DNA from: Octopus bimaculoides
Taxonomy: Eukaryota
Direction: 5' to 3'
NCBI RefSeq assembly: GCF_001194135.2
Contig: NC_069007.1
Location: 1,939,923-1,973,903, forward strand
DNA length: 33,981 nt
A model generated the notes under the pieces. It was not told the origin of the DNA. It saw nothing but the letters and a program-made list of their open reading frames with translations, and made no database searches. How positions within the stretch are numbered: position 1 is the first letter of the stretch; every line of letters begins with the position of its first letter. Of the stretch, positions 23,026-33,981 are shown piece after piece. Both the position numbers and the translations under genes were made by a program.

Positions 23026-23280
23026 GGAGGTGCGTGGCCTAGTGGTTAGGGTGTCAGCATCATGATCGTAAGATTGTAGTTTCGAATCCTAGACCGGGCG
23101 ACGCGTTGTGTTCTTGAGCAAAACACTTCATTTCACGTTGCTCCAGTCCACTCAGCTGGCAAAAATGAGTAACGCTGCGATAGACTGGCGTTCTGTCCAG
23201 CTGGGGGTGGGGGGGGACACATACGCCATAGAAACCGGGAAACCGAGCCCATGAGCCTGGCTAGGCTTTGAAAGGGCGAC
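23026..23280 (+). mobile_element. Full-length tRNA-derived SINE, family D, with V-domain-like central motif
   Basis: A-box TGGCCTAGTGG 23035-45; B-box-like GTTTCGAATCC 23079-89; ttcttgagcaaaacacttcatttcacgttgctccagtccactcagctggcaaaaatgagta; tgcgatagactggcgttctgtccag at 23176-23200 resembles the V-SINE core as I recall it. Confidence 0.85.
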
Positions 23281-23395
23281 GTTTGATTTACCGATCTGCC
23301 AATTCGCTAACCAAGTCCATTCTTCACAAATGCTTGAACATTACAGACAACTTTCGGAACAAAACATAAATATGTATTTTGTTTTTGCATATGTA

Positions 23396-23427
<32 letters not shown>

Positions 23428-23504
23428 NNNNNNNNNNNNNNNNNNNNNNNNNNNNNNNNNNNNNNNNNNNNNNNNNNNNNNNNNNNNNNNNNNNNNNNNN
23501 NTTA

Positions 23505-23536
<32 letters not shown>

Positions 23537-23578
<42 letters not shown>
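23537..23578. repeat. (GATA)n microsatellite
   Basis: Directly visible. Confidence 0.97.
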
Positions 23579-23579
<1 letters not shown>

Positions 23580-23832
23580 GTGTGTATGTGTGTTTGTGTC
23601 TGCTTATGAGGTATCTATGTATGCGTGTGTATGTGCGTGTGTGTATGGCGGATAATCTGAAATTTAATATAAGTATACATATAATATTTAATTACCAACA
23701 TTGCTAGGAGATATAGATGAACGTCAAGAAATTTGTTCATACGTACTTACATCTATCGTTCGTATATAGCACATACATAGACACAGGCACACATCCACAC
23801 ACAGGTATATACACACACTTACATATATAGAT

Positions 23833-23883
<51 letters not shown>

Positions 23884-24557
23884 NNNNNNNNNNNNNNNNN
23901 NNNNNNNNNNNNNNNNNNNNNNNNNNNNNNNNNNNNNNNNNNNNNNNNNNNNNNNNNNNNNNNNNNNNNNNNNNNNNNNNNNNNNNNNNNNNNNNNNNNN
24001 NNNNNNNNNNNNNNNNNNNNNNNNNNNNNNNNNNNNNNNNNNNNNNNNNNNNNNNNNNNNNNNNNNNNNNNNNNNNNNNNNNNNNNNNNNNNNNNNNNNN
24101 NNNNNNNNNNNNNNNNNNNNNNNNNNNNNNNNNNNNNNNNNNNNNNNNNNNNNNNNNNNNNNNNNNNNNNNNNNNNNNNNNNNNNNNNNNNNNNNNNNNN
24201 NNNNNNNNNNNNNNNNNNNNNNNNNNNNNNNNNNNNNNNNNNNNNNNNNNNNNNNNNNNNNNNNNNNNNNNNNNNNNNNNNNNNNNNNNNNNNNNNNNNN
24301 NNNNNNNNNNNNNNNNNNNNNNNNNNNNNNNNNNNNNNNNNNNNNNNNNNNNNNNNNNNNNNNNNNNNNNNNNNNNNNNNNNNNNNNNNNNNNNNNNNNN
24401 NNNNNNNNNNNNNNNNNNNNNNNNNNNNNNNNNNNNNNNNNNNNNNNNNNNNNNNNNNNNNNNNNNNNNNNNNNNNNNNNNNNNNNNNNNNNNNNNNNNN
24501 NNNNNNNNNNNNNNNNNNNNNNNNNNNNNNNNNNNNNNNNNNNNNNNNNNNNNNNNN

Positions 24558-24618
<61 letters not shown>

Positions 24619-25049
24619 TATTTACACACACAGACACACACATGCATATATATATATATACGTATCTATGTATGTATTCGAAGTAAAGATAAATTTCATA
24701 TTCCGAATTATCTCACAACGGGATTCACTTCACATTGATTACATGATGTCAACTTTCAATCTATTATATACTGAGTGAGTGGCGTACATACGCGCACACA
24801 CGTACGCATATACACATACATCCATACACATACGCATATACACATGCACCCAACTACTTGTACACACACACATGTACATATTGGCACACACTTAGGAATA
24901 CAAACCGATATCCACAAATTCAATTTCTTATATATATATATATATACATACAACGCCTTTGCATTTCGTTTCACCAATTTCTTATAACATTGCTTGAAAT
25001 ATTTCCAGTATTACGCATTGGAGGCAAGCATGGCAAAGTAGCTGCCAAT

Positions 25050-26206
25050 GTGGCTTCTCAGTACTGCAATGCCTGGTTCGTTTCTCTTGCAAGTCTTAGC
25101 ACATATGACCAACCGAGATTGTTGATCAAAACTGAATAGAGAAAGACTGTAGAACTCGTGATAACTGGCATTGTAAACCAATGTTCTAGTTTTGACACTT
25201 ATTTTGTTGTAATAGTTCTGAACGAGAATTCTAATACGTGAAAACACGCCAGGCGTATAATCACCCGAGATCCACTTTAAGAATCATCGCATGGTTACAT
25301 GAGTCTACGGAATTCCCAACCATTTACGAATAAATTTAACGACAAGATACATTGAGTGTAGAAGTGTATGCTCATCATTCGAGGATTTCCAGCTCTAATA
25401 AGCCATTCCTTTTTTGCAGTATATTACATATCTGGAACTATATCATGTTATGGGTGCTAATCTTTTCAAGACTGAAAGATAGAACTCGTCAAGGGTTTTA
25501 GAACTTGGGAATTACACTGAATTTTAAATTTCATAGCGACAAACGATAAAATATATTGGCGTTCAATAAGTGAAGATGCCTTCCAAACCCTTTACTGTTT
25601 CGCCTATGAGCTGGTCTGTTGGCATTGAAAATGATCTATTGAAGTACTGGCTACGTTGATTAAAATCTTTAAAAACTTGTCAAACATTTTTCCTGCCTTG
25701 AAGGCACCGCTTCCTCGATGACTGAAGCTTAAATTTAAATTCAAAACTCAAACAACCGAAATAAGTACCACCAATCACCCCTTCAGGTAATGTATCATTA
25801 CGCCAAAGCACCATTCTTGACTGGTCACGAAGTGGTTTCTCATAAACGTCTGTATTAGAGTCGAAATGAAAGTTACGTAATATTTCACCTCAAGAAACAA
25901 GTGATTTGATATTCTGTAAATCTTGTACTTAACAATACCATTAGAAGATATGAGAGAATATGCACCCATCGTGATTCAGTCAATTACAGAAAAATAGTGA
26001 TGTTACATATTAAAGTGAATTAGTAGATTCTGGGTGAACGCGAAGTAGTCGGTTCGCATCGGCTAAATAGTAAGAACAGAGGAAGTGAAATGATGATGTT
26101 TGCTTCAGGAAGAAGCGATGATATGATTTCAGTGAAGACCCGTCGAGAGTGAGGATGGAGGAAATATTTACTAGCAACGTTTAATAGCGCGAGAAACAAA
26201 CTCCAT
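25050..26206 (-). pseudogene. Highly decayed, near full-length mariner (IS630-Tc1-mariner) transposase
   Basis: Hand translation through stops and frameshifts gives ordered motifs: MEFVSRAIKRC (26206; cf. MEQRxxIKFC), SRRVF, RCEPTTSRSP (cf. RSGRPSTSRT), VIGG..KLQSS..KNV*QV (cf. ITGDE..KxQSS..KKxRQV), EFYLSVLKRL, PDM..EWL, VKFIRKWLGIP, NASYHEFY..RLVIC. The catalytic D,D,D residues are not preserved. Confidence 0.62.
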
Positions 26207-27269
26207 ACTGGAGTATAGAAGCGGAGGGGGTGGGGCAGTAACAAGGGAAAAGTATTATTAGTTGGAAAGTAACAGTGAATGAAAGGGAGAGAAAATAATA
26301 GAAAACGTCGACTTTGTTCTTAGAAGTAGAATGAATGTTTTAAGTACTTGGTGCTCAACAATCTGTACTGAAACATATTACATGGTTTGTCTTGTAGCAT
26401 AAATTACTTTGAGAAATAGTTCAATGCAGTCATTCTATGAGGTCAGATGTAATAGCACTTGTAGTAGTAGTGTACTTAATGCATACACGCTATTTCATGC
26501 TATTGATTCCTGCTAAATCAACCCGAATCGACATTTACACCTGGTGTGCACTCATTCATTTGATGCAAGCGTCTCGAAGACATTTCCAATTTTATCCATT
26601 ACAAAAACAGAGTGTGTTTTTTTTCTTTTTTCTTTATTAATGTTATTTGTTTCTTCTCTCAGAAAACGGGGAGAACGTTTATGTTTCTGAATGCAAATTC
26701 ATGAACCAACATCGAATACAACTAGTTAGAGTTCGCAGGTATTCGTAACCATAAACCATAGCTAATACAATCACTTAAAGCTCCTGAGGATATGCGTAAT
26801 CTTAAATCAACGCCATACTGATAGTGAAACAGTCATTGAAGGGGAGGGACTGCCTGCGATAACAACTCTATTCAATTCTGGTTAATTAAGTAAAAACACA
26901 CTTAATCAGAGCAGGCTTGTATAATATTGCCAAAGCTAATTCCACTCTCACAGCCATCCACTGCCTCGTACAGGCAGACACACACACATCTCTGCTTTTG
27001 ATATTGCTTGTTATCTTATTTCGTGGCACTAAGACAGATTTACATTGCTGCATTCATGTGGCTTTGGTATATTGGATTCAGCGGAGCGTGTTATGTATGT
27101 ATTTGTATATGTTGCAAGCTAGAATCAATCATTGCTATACAATCTTACATTGTTTAACTGTATTAACGAAAGACGATAAAATTAAATATTATTGATATTT
27201 CCTGAATTTAGTAAGCATTGTATATACTCACATACATACATATATATATATATAATATGTGTGTATATA

Positions 27270-27322
<53 letters not shown>

Positions 27323-27939
27323 NNNNNNNNNNNNNNNNNNNNNNNNNNNNNNNNNNNNNNNNNNNNNNNNNNNNNNNNNNNNNNNNNNNNNNNNNNNNNN
27401 NNNNNNNNNNNNNNNNNNNNNNNNNNNNNNNNNNNNNNNNNNNNNNNNNNNNNNNNNNNNNNNNNNNNNNNNNNNNNNNNNNNNNNNNNNNNNNNNNNNN
27501 NNNNNNNNNNNNNNNNNNNNNNNNNNNNNNNNNNNNNNNNNNNNNNNNNNNNNNNNNNNNATATATATATATATACACAGTGTTATGTGTAAGTTGCAGG
27601 CACCGTGCTTGTAGGTCATATTGGTTAATAACATTCCAAGGCAACAAGTTAATTTAATAACACTGTTTCTTTCGAGGTACTGGGTGCGCATAACCGAAGG
27701 AAAGCGATCAATCGAAAGACGGTCAGTTAGACATTCAACTGAAAAATGATAGTTTAGTATCTGTCTATAAACACCAGGGTTTAGTATACATTCAGTAATA
27801 TTTAAATTTGAGGAATATCTGACTGCCACCATTCGCCTACAACTTATTCATGTGGAATATTTCAGTGACTAACACTAAATACTTGCGTTGATTCTTTTTT
27901 TTTTTTTTTTTTTTTCACGTTTGTTTTCAATACAGTGTT

Positions 27940-28260
27940 TTACCAATAGATACCACATATTATTGCCTTTTGAACTGGTCAGATCTCGCAATATGCGATA
28001 ATATATCGTGATATCATTTCTGTCTGCTGCTACCTGAGATTCACTGATCTTCTCTTCTATCCACGCCTTCTTATCTTTCTTCCAGCCTTTTGTCAACAGT
28101 CTGCCGGTAGCTTGATACTTATTCGCGGCCCTTTGACAACCTCGTTCACATGGTTGCCTTGTTTTATTTCCTCTTCATTTTGTCCTCTCTTGTCTCAGTT
28201 CACAAATTTTAGATTTTATCATCCATCTTGCCATATCTTCTGTTCGTTTCTAAATGTAAC
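27940..28260 (-). mobile_element. RTE-clade LINE ORF fragment (linker between endonuclease and RT)
   Basis: Reads RAANKYQATGRLLTKGWKKDKKAWIEEKISESQVAADRNDITIYYRILRDLT, matching the recalled RTE pattern KxxxRxDKxxWxExxAxExExAAxxNDxxxxYxIxRxLT. Confidence 0.72.
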
Positions 28261-28298
28261 CAATGAATGTATATGGATTAATATATACCCTGTCCTAA

Positions 28299-28481
28299 GT
28301 GAAAAGGCTTACCGGCATTTCGTTTCTCTCCGTCTTTACGGAGCAGCATGCTTTCGCACGAGTCGTATTTGCCATTCATCTTTACGGAGTCGATAAAATA
28401 TGTACCAGTTGAACAATGGGGGCGATGTAATGGACTCTCCCTACCATCGGAATTGCTGGCCTTGTCCTGAAATTTGAAGGC
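28299..28481 (+). mobile_element. Old SINE family A, tail type iii
   Basis: ccggcatttcgt..ccgtctttacg..tttgccattcatc..ggagtcgataaaatatgtaccagttgaacaatggggg..gatgtaat..aattgctggccttgtcctgaaatttgaa. Confidence 0.8.
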
Positions 28482-29479
28482 GATATATACATTGCCTCTC
28501 TCTCCGACTTCTAGAATTAACACTCAAATCTCCACTGAAGTCAATTCTACCATATCAACTTTAAGTCATGAAACACAGGATATCGTTGGAGGGAAATTAT
28601 TTGACATGTTTGTATGATCAGATGAGGCCTGTGTCTATCGCTCAAAAGCAACAACAACAAGCCAATGCCAAACATAACTGCTGGAATATAGGAAGAACGT
28701 TACTATTGTAGTACCTTGTTTGCGTAAATATCTCTTGATCTTTGATTGACCAAGTTAGTTCTGTGTCACTATCATCGATGCCTCGTTGTGAACAGGGATA
28801 TCTCAAATTTAAATACTGAATTATAAATAAGCTAATATAAACAAACAAAAATAGAAAGATGAAGAAGATATTATTATCAGTCGAGAGAACAATCGAAACA
28901 AGAATAAACGTAATAAACAACAATACTTGGTCATAATCGAAATAAAGAGAAAATTGAAAGTGTTAAAAAAATGACACCTCTATCACAATTGAAACGGAAG
29001 TGTTAACATCTTTAACGTTTCAAACAGCAGCTGAATAGAAATAAAAGGACATTGATAAAATCTGCTTATTTATTCAGCGTTGTATTTCAAATACAAGCAC
29101 AAATCTATTATTTGTGATCGTTGTTAACTTTACACATTCCGTTTTATCTTTAATTTCTTTGAGTGTTCTCGGTTTAGATTGCATTCTTTGAAATGTTCTT
29201 CTTATTATTTTGGCAACAGCGAGGAGCGTCTTATATTATCTAGATATATTCGAAAGTTTAGTGAGTGTAAGAATATCTATGTGTGTATGATGATGTATAT
29301 GGGTATCTGTGATGAGATAGGAGTATGTGGATGTTTGGTTTTGTCTAAGTGAAATACTAAGGGAATCAGTAGGTAACATTTAAATACACAAGAAATTTGG
29401 TTAGCTTTTCGATTATTAGATAAACTAAATTCAATACGCCTGGCATAACAATGTCATGTATTTTAAATTCTAGAGAAGA

Positions 29480-30200
29480 AACATACTCTGTTACTCTGGT
29501 TTTCAGAAATCCAGAGCTTACCCAACCGGAAAACCGATCCTGGTAGGGAGAGACAATCTTCAGAAATTGAATATGTAGCAGTGTAATGAAACCCCAAAAG
29601 AGAGGCTGAAACTTGAGACAATCGCAATCAATTTCTAGGATCGGGAGAAAAGGGGCTCATTGCCGGCGCCCTATGTTCCATATGGATTTGAAGGATTAAG
29701 AAGAATTAAGTGTAGGATCCATGCATCAGATTTCCGACGTGAGAAAGTGACAAACTGACAGAGAAATCGTAAATGTTGAATGGCGTTTGCAAACCTTAAA
29801 TGTATAATTTATGAATGATTTCTAGAAAGATTTGACTACCAGAACAGATGGATTGAAAATAACATCACAGTATATTGAATATAAAAAAAGACATGCTCCT
29901 TCCTATTTCCACAGCCGTTGCTGACTATATTTTTGATCTGAAGCAACTGAGACTACATTAGAAAGAGGCGAAGCAGGATTGTTCTGTGCTTATAACAATA
30001 CCCCTGAGCGATGACAAAACTTTGGAAATATCTTGCTGGAAATTAATTGTTTGAATTGCAAAACGAGAATCCGTCCTTATTAAACTGATACACATATTGT
30101 TGATATGCAGTATAATCGGTTTTAAGAAAATAACAAGTCAAGGCCGACATCTATCAGCATTCTTGGGTCACAATGAAGAATCATCACATGTCCCGTAATT
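29480..30200 (+). mobile_element. Possible very old Gypsy-type pol remnant
   Basis: Across frames, ordered weak motifs: KPILVGRDNLQKLN (protease end), PAPYVPY (linker), RTDG, LLPI..YIFDL, KQDCS..IPL, AFLGH. No YxDD is recognisable and there are many stops. Confidence 0.28.
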
Positions 30201-30518
30201 AATGGAATTTCTCATTGTCCACTTATTGCGTCTTTAAAATCTGACCAAGAACTCGGTATCCTTGCAGAAATACTATGGCTCTTAGGTTTAACCTCCGCAT
30301 CGAGGTTATATTAGTACAAGCGAATGCTTGTACTAATATGATTGAAATTTTTTTTCATTTAGCCCAGAGGACAATATTTTTCCATCGATTGAACTGAAAG
30401 CATTTCTTGAATTGTAAAAATATTCTATTGAGTTCTGAGAAAACCAAAATCAAAGCTGAATGTAACAAGATTTCAACTTAAGGCAAAAACCTGCAACTTA
30501 ATACTACAAGGCGACACA

Positions 30519-30697
30519 ATGAGCGGATACTGGAAGGTTCCTGGTTTTAAAGATATTGCGAAAGCTTGGTTCAGGCCTTCCCAGTTCTTTTACAGTGTGG
30601 GAATCCGGATGTGTAACATGTTGAATAAAATCATAACTAGCTGATCGCCCTGTATTCTTTTTTTTTACCTAAAGCCAGGAGCTTTTCAGCACCCTCG
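30519..30697 (+). mobile_element. Mariner-derived MITE
   Basis: Right TIR taaagccaggagcttttcagcaccctcg (30670-97) and degenerate left TIR tgagcggatactggaaggttcctggtttta (30520-49). Internal ..catgttgaataa resembles the mariner C-terminal YVE* end. Confidence 0.75.
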
Positions 30698-31937
30698 CCC
30701 CACTCCGTATTTCAGTCCATTTAATGGTTTATCCTATCTCTTTTCTAAGAGAAAATATAACTTCGAGAAATACTGTGAATTAACAGGAAAGACTCATTAA
30801 ATAATGAATTCGTAGATCATCTAAACAGGTTTGATGGCCATAAGTGGAAAGTCTGTTATCACACAACTGCTTTATTATATTTGCATCGTGATTAAATGAC
30901 TACAATGTAAAATAGCCATGATGGGAATTTTTGTGATGTACCCCTCCACCTGTCAAACCCGTCTCAGGGCCATACGTGACTCAAAAATTAACCTATCTGC
31001 ATTAAGAGAAAGAAGGAATCGTTGCGAAACAATTTTGTTCTCAAGAATTTGGATCTCAAGAATACTTTCTTTATTTGAATCTGTTCTTACATTTTAAGAT
31101 TTACATATTCAATATGGCCATTAGAGGAAACGTCATTGCAATTTTACATTCGTATGTCCTGCTGAGTAAATCAGAGTTAAAGATTCGTAAATGTTCACCA
31201 CAGGAAAGATTTAAACAGTTAAGAAGCATAAAGCATGTATAATTGGGCGATATCAGAAAAAGATTTAGATACAGTAGGAGACCACTGAGAGCAGTTATAA
31301 TAATGGATGTCATATGTGAACTCTAGACTGAATATTAATTGTCAAAAGATCGAACATATAATCAAATGCATCAGCAATGATGGAATCCTTTTTAGCTAGT
31401 GGCTACCCAGCAGACTCGATATTTATATTGTTAAACCCCTGAGGGACACTGAATTCAACTGCGTCTAACCTGAATGGAGATAGTCAGTAATATCACACAT
31501 AAATTCCCTTAATACTACATTACAATACTATAAATATTAATTACGCAATTCGCAAATAAATCTGAAGTCACATCTTATTTACAGCTGCATAATTTTCTCA
31601 ACGGGATATATCATACACTATGGTAGCCATGCAAATTTTAATCTGTAAATAACGTGTCTGCTTTATATATATTACAATCGTACACTGATACGGCCAAGAA
31701 ATGTTCTCCTGTTATATTATATGTCACAAGGTTTCGGGTCAGTCCACCATTACCAGTTGGAAATCGTTTGAGTAAGGAAATACTTCTGATAGATAGAACA
31801 GAAATCAACAGTTCTAAGGAGCAGCCCATCAGCGAAGTGGTAGCAAACTTGCTAGAAATAGGAACCTAAATCCAATCAAATAGCAGTTTACCCTCTTAAC
31901 TGCAGTGGAAATACAAGAGGTTAATACTGTTCTAGAC

Positions 31938-32237
31938 CAGGGGTTTTCAAACTGTGGTCCGCGGAAACACAGGGGGTCCGCAAGGACAAGGCAGGGGGTC
32001 CGTGGACAGCAAATGCTTTTTATGGGCAATTTGATTTTATATATGTTTATTTTTAATCGAAATCTTTTAATTGACAATAAACCTATTTGTTAAATACTGT
32101 TAAATAAATAAATGTAAAAATATATGTTATTTTAAGCAATTATTTATGTACAAATTTCATAAGTGTTTATAAGGGGGTCCCTAAAGTGAAGCCCGAAATA
32201 TAAAGAGGTTCGCAAGAAAAAAGTTTGAAAACCCCTG
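31938..32237. mobile_element. 300-bp non-autonomous hAT (Charlie-like) MITE
   Basis: Perfect 16-bp TIRs caggggttttcaaact (31938-53) / agtttgaaaacccctg (32222-37); perfect 8-bp TSD ttctagac (31930-37 and 32238-45); subterminal gggggtcc repeats. An 8-bp TSD with CAG termini is diagnostic of hAT, and NTCTAGAN is the Charlie-type target. Confidence 0.95.
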
Positions 32238-32554
32238 TTCTAGACGATCAAATTTTAATTTAATCTGCTGCATAGGCCACTGTCTTTCAATGGTACATAT
32301 TTCCGATTTAAAGAGAAAATGATAAAGTATTTGCTGGTATATGAGACGCTCTTCTTTTCCAAAATATGTCTTACAAAATACCAGGGGTCCTATATCTGAA
32401 GTGGAGTCGCTAATGAGCTTGTTTGTTTTTTATCATGCACGTTTTTAGCATGATTAAAGCATGTAATAGATGCACGAGAATGAAACCTCCTCCGGTAGAT
32501 CTAGTTCCTCTGTCTACCAATATAGCATTACAGTACTGCTCATATCCTGACCCA

Positions 32555-32791
32555 CAGCACCATCGGTTGTCAAGCGATGCTGAAGTGACAAACACAGACA
32601 CACAAACACATACACACACACATATATATATATATATACATATATACGATGGGCTTCTTTCAGTTTCCGTCTACCAAATCTACTCACAAGGCTTAGTAGA
32701 AGACACTTGCCCAAGGTGCCACGCAGTCGGATTGAACTCGGAACCATATGGTTTGTAAGCAAGCAACTTACCACACAGCCACTCCTGCGCC
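32555..32791 (-). mobile_element. SINE family B, 3'-truncated, small internal deletion
   Basis: RC ggcgcaggagtggctgtgtggtaagttgcttgc..atggttccgagttcaatccgactgcgtggcaccttgggcaagtgtcttctact..gaaactgaaagaagccc..cgcttgacaaccgatg. Confidence 0.92.
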
Positions 32792-33014
32792 TATATCTTT
32801 ATATATACAGAAATATGTATATGATCATGTGTTTTATGTTCAATTATAACAGTTATAATAAAAGCAATTTTATAGAATTCAAATTTATTGTTCTTAAACA
32901 AGAATATCATGGAGAACGACTTCCGAATTTCGGCTACTAAAATCATCGTCGGAACACGACTCTCAATAAGTTTGTATTATCTATAACATCCGGGTTTAAG
33001 GATAATATACATAT

Positions 33015-33016
<2 letters not shown>

Positions 33017-33066
<50 letters not shown>
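33017..33066. repeat. (GT)n microsatellite
   Basis: Directly visible. Confidence 0.97.
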
Positions 33067-33071
<5 letters not shown>

Positions 33072-33084
33072 AGGAACTTCCACA

Positions 33085-33225
33085 CAGTGTCTCTCATCCT
33101 GATTCCCTCACAAGGCATTGGTTAGCACGAAGCTGGACAGGGAAACACTGTGTCCAGGTGCGGTGCAGTTCTACGAAACATGTAAACACTTGGTTGCAAA
33201 GCGAAGTTCTTAGCCACTCAGCTAT
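33085..33225 (-). mobile_element. Very degenerate SINE family B head
   Basis: acacttggttgcaaagcgaagttcttagccactcagc and cacaaggcattggttag..gtccaggtgcggtgcagt resemble 32680-32790. Confidence 0.5.
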
Positions 33226-33908
33226 AAGTACACTGAAAGTATTAGCCTGACAATTCATGGATATTAACGAAAAAACAAGACCTAAATTCTTTATATACAG
33301 AGCACAAAAAGTACGACAGGCGAAATTGACCCGTGACAAAATTCCGTTTCGGAACGCAAACCTGGAACAAATTATCGCAACACATGTGTATCAACATATC
33401 CAAGATTCTACCACTCCTCAATGTGAAAATGTTAAAAGTCTAGGAAGCCATTTTTCCTATTTCTCCAAAGCTATTTATCATCATATTTTATATAGTTCTC
33501 AACAAAATGGCTAATTAAACGAACACGTCGGCGGAAAGATAATAAAAAAAAAAAACACACCATATATTCTTCCTTTTTTTTTTTTTCCTCCTTTGTGTAT
33601 TTCTTAAAATTTCATTTTCGATAACAATAACCGTCAGATTGAATGAAAAAGCACACATCATAGCAAAGGTTAGTGACAAGTCTAAAACGATTGAAATGAA
33701 AAATTACATATATTTTTAATTAATTAATTATATATATACATACACACACACACGAACACACAAACACACACGCATACATATATACATACATGTATATGTC
33801 TGTATATAATATATATATATATATACACATGTATAAGTATTTATATATATATGTATATATATATGTGTTTATACCTACTTTTTTTATAAGCACATGAACA
33901 AATAAATG

Positions 33909-33945
<37 letters not shown>

Positions 33946-33981
33946 ACATCTATCTATCAATGTAAACGTATTTATATGCGT

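Larger units (their letters stand above)
1237..27560. other. Assembly gaps (11 N-runs)
   Basis: N-runs at 1237-1946, 3073-3393, 4767-4814, 8226-8325, 11343-12000, 15475-15484, 17214-17223, 19462-19612, 23428-23501, 23884-24557 and 27323-27560. Most are bordered by (AT)n or (CA)n, consistent with short-read scaffolding. Confidence 0.99.

Noticed and set aside
25011-25247. RTE-like reading (NKISVKTRTLVYNA)
   Set aside because: The same frame is better explained as the C-terminus of the collinear mariner transposase that extends to 26206.
33257-33514. ORF ending YSSQQNG, similar to the retroviral integrase PQQNG motif
   Set aside because: No recognisable D,D(35)E spacing or other pol domains nearby; one short motif is insufficient.

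Overview
AT-rich, repeat-dense eukaryotic DNA with 11 N-gaps, most of them inside (AT)n or trinucleotide microsatellites. The SINE families, microsatellite load and MITEs match my recollection of octopus (coleoid cephalopod) genomes; this is inference, not a database result. No host protein-coding gene can be supported, and most ORFs in the supplied track are artefacts of microsatellites and N-runs. The window contains more than 20 tRNA-derived SINE copies from at least four head/body types, a CR1/L2-type LINE 3' end, an RTE LINE fragment, two decayed mariner transposase remnants (one internally inverted), a mariner MITE, a hAT MITE with perfect TIRs and 8-bp TSD, and a Penelope-like terminal repeat with a hammerhead ribozyme remnant. 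The most unusual structures are a 108-bp inverted duplication fused to a 5'-truncated SINE, a perfect 30-bp-arm palindrome at a SINE truncation, the hammerhead copy lacking exactly its cleavage triplet, and two SINEs stacked at one target site. I found no convincing novel multi-gene system. Family assignments come from hand translation and recalled consensus motifs and need Dfam/RepBase/HMMER confirmation.
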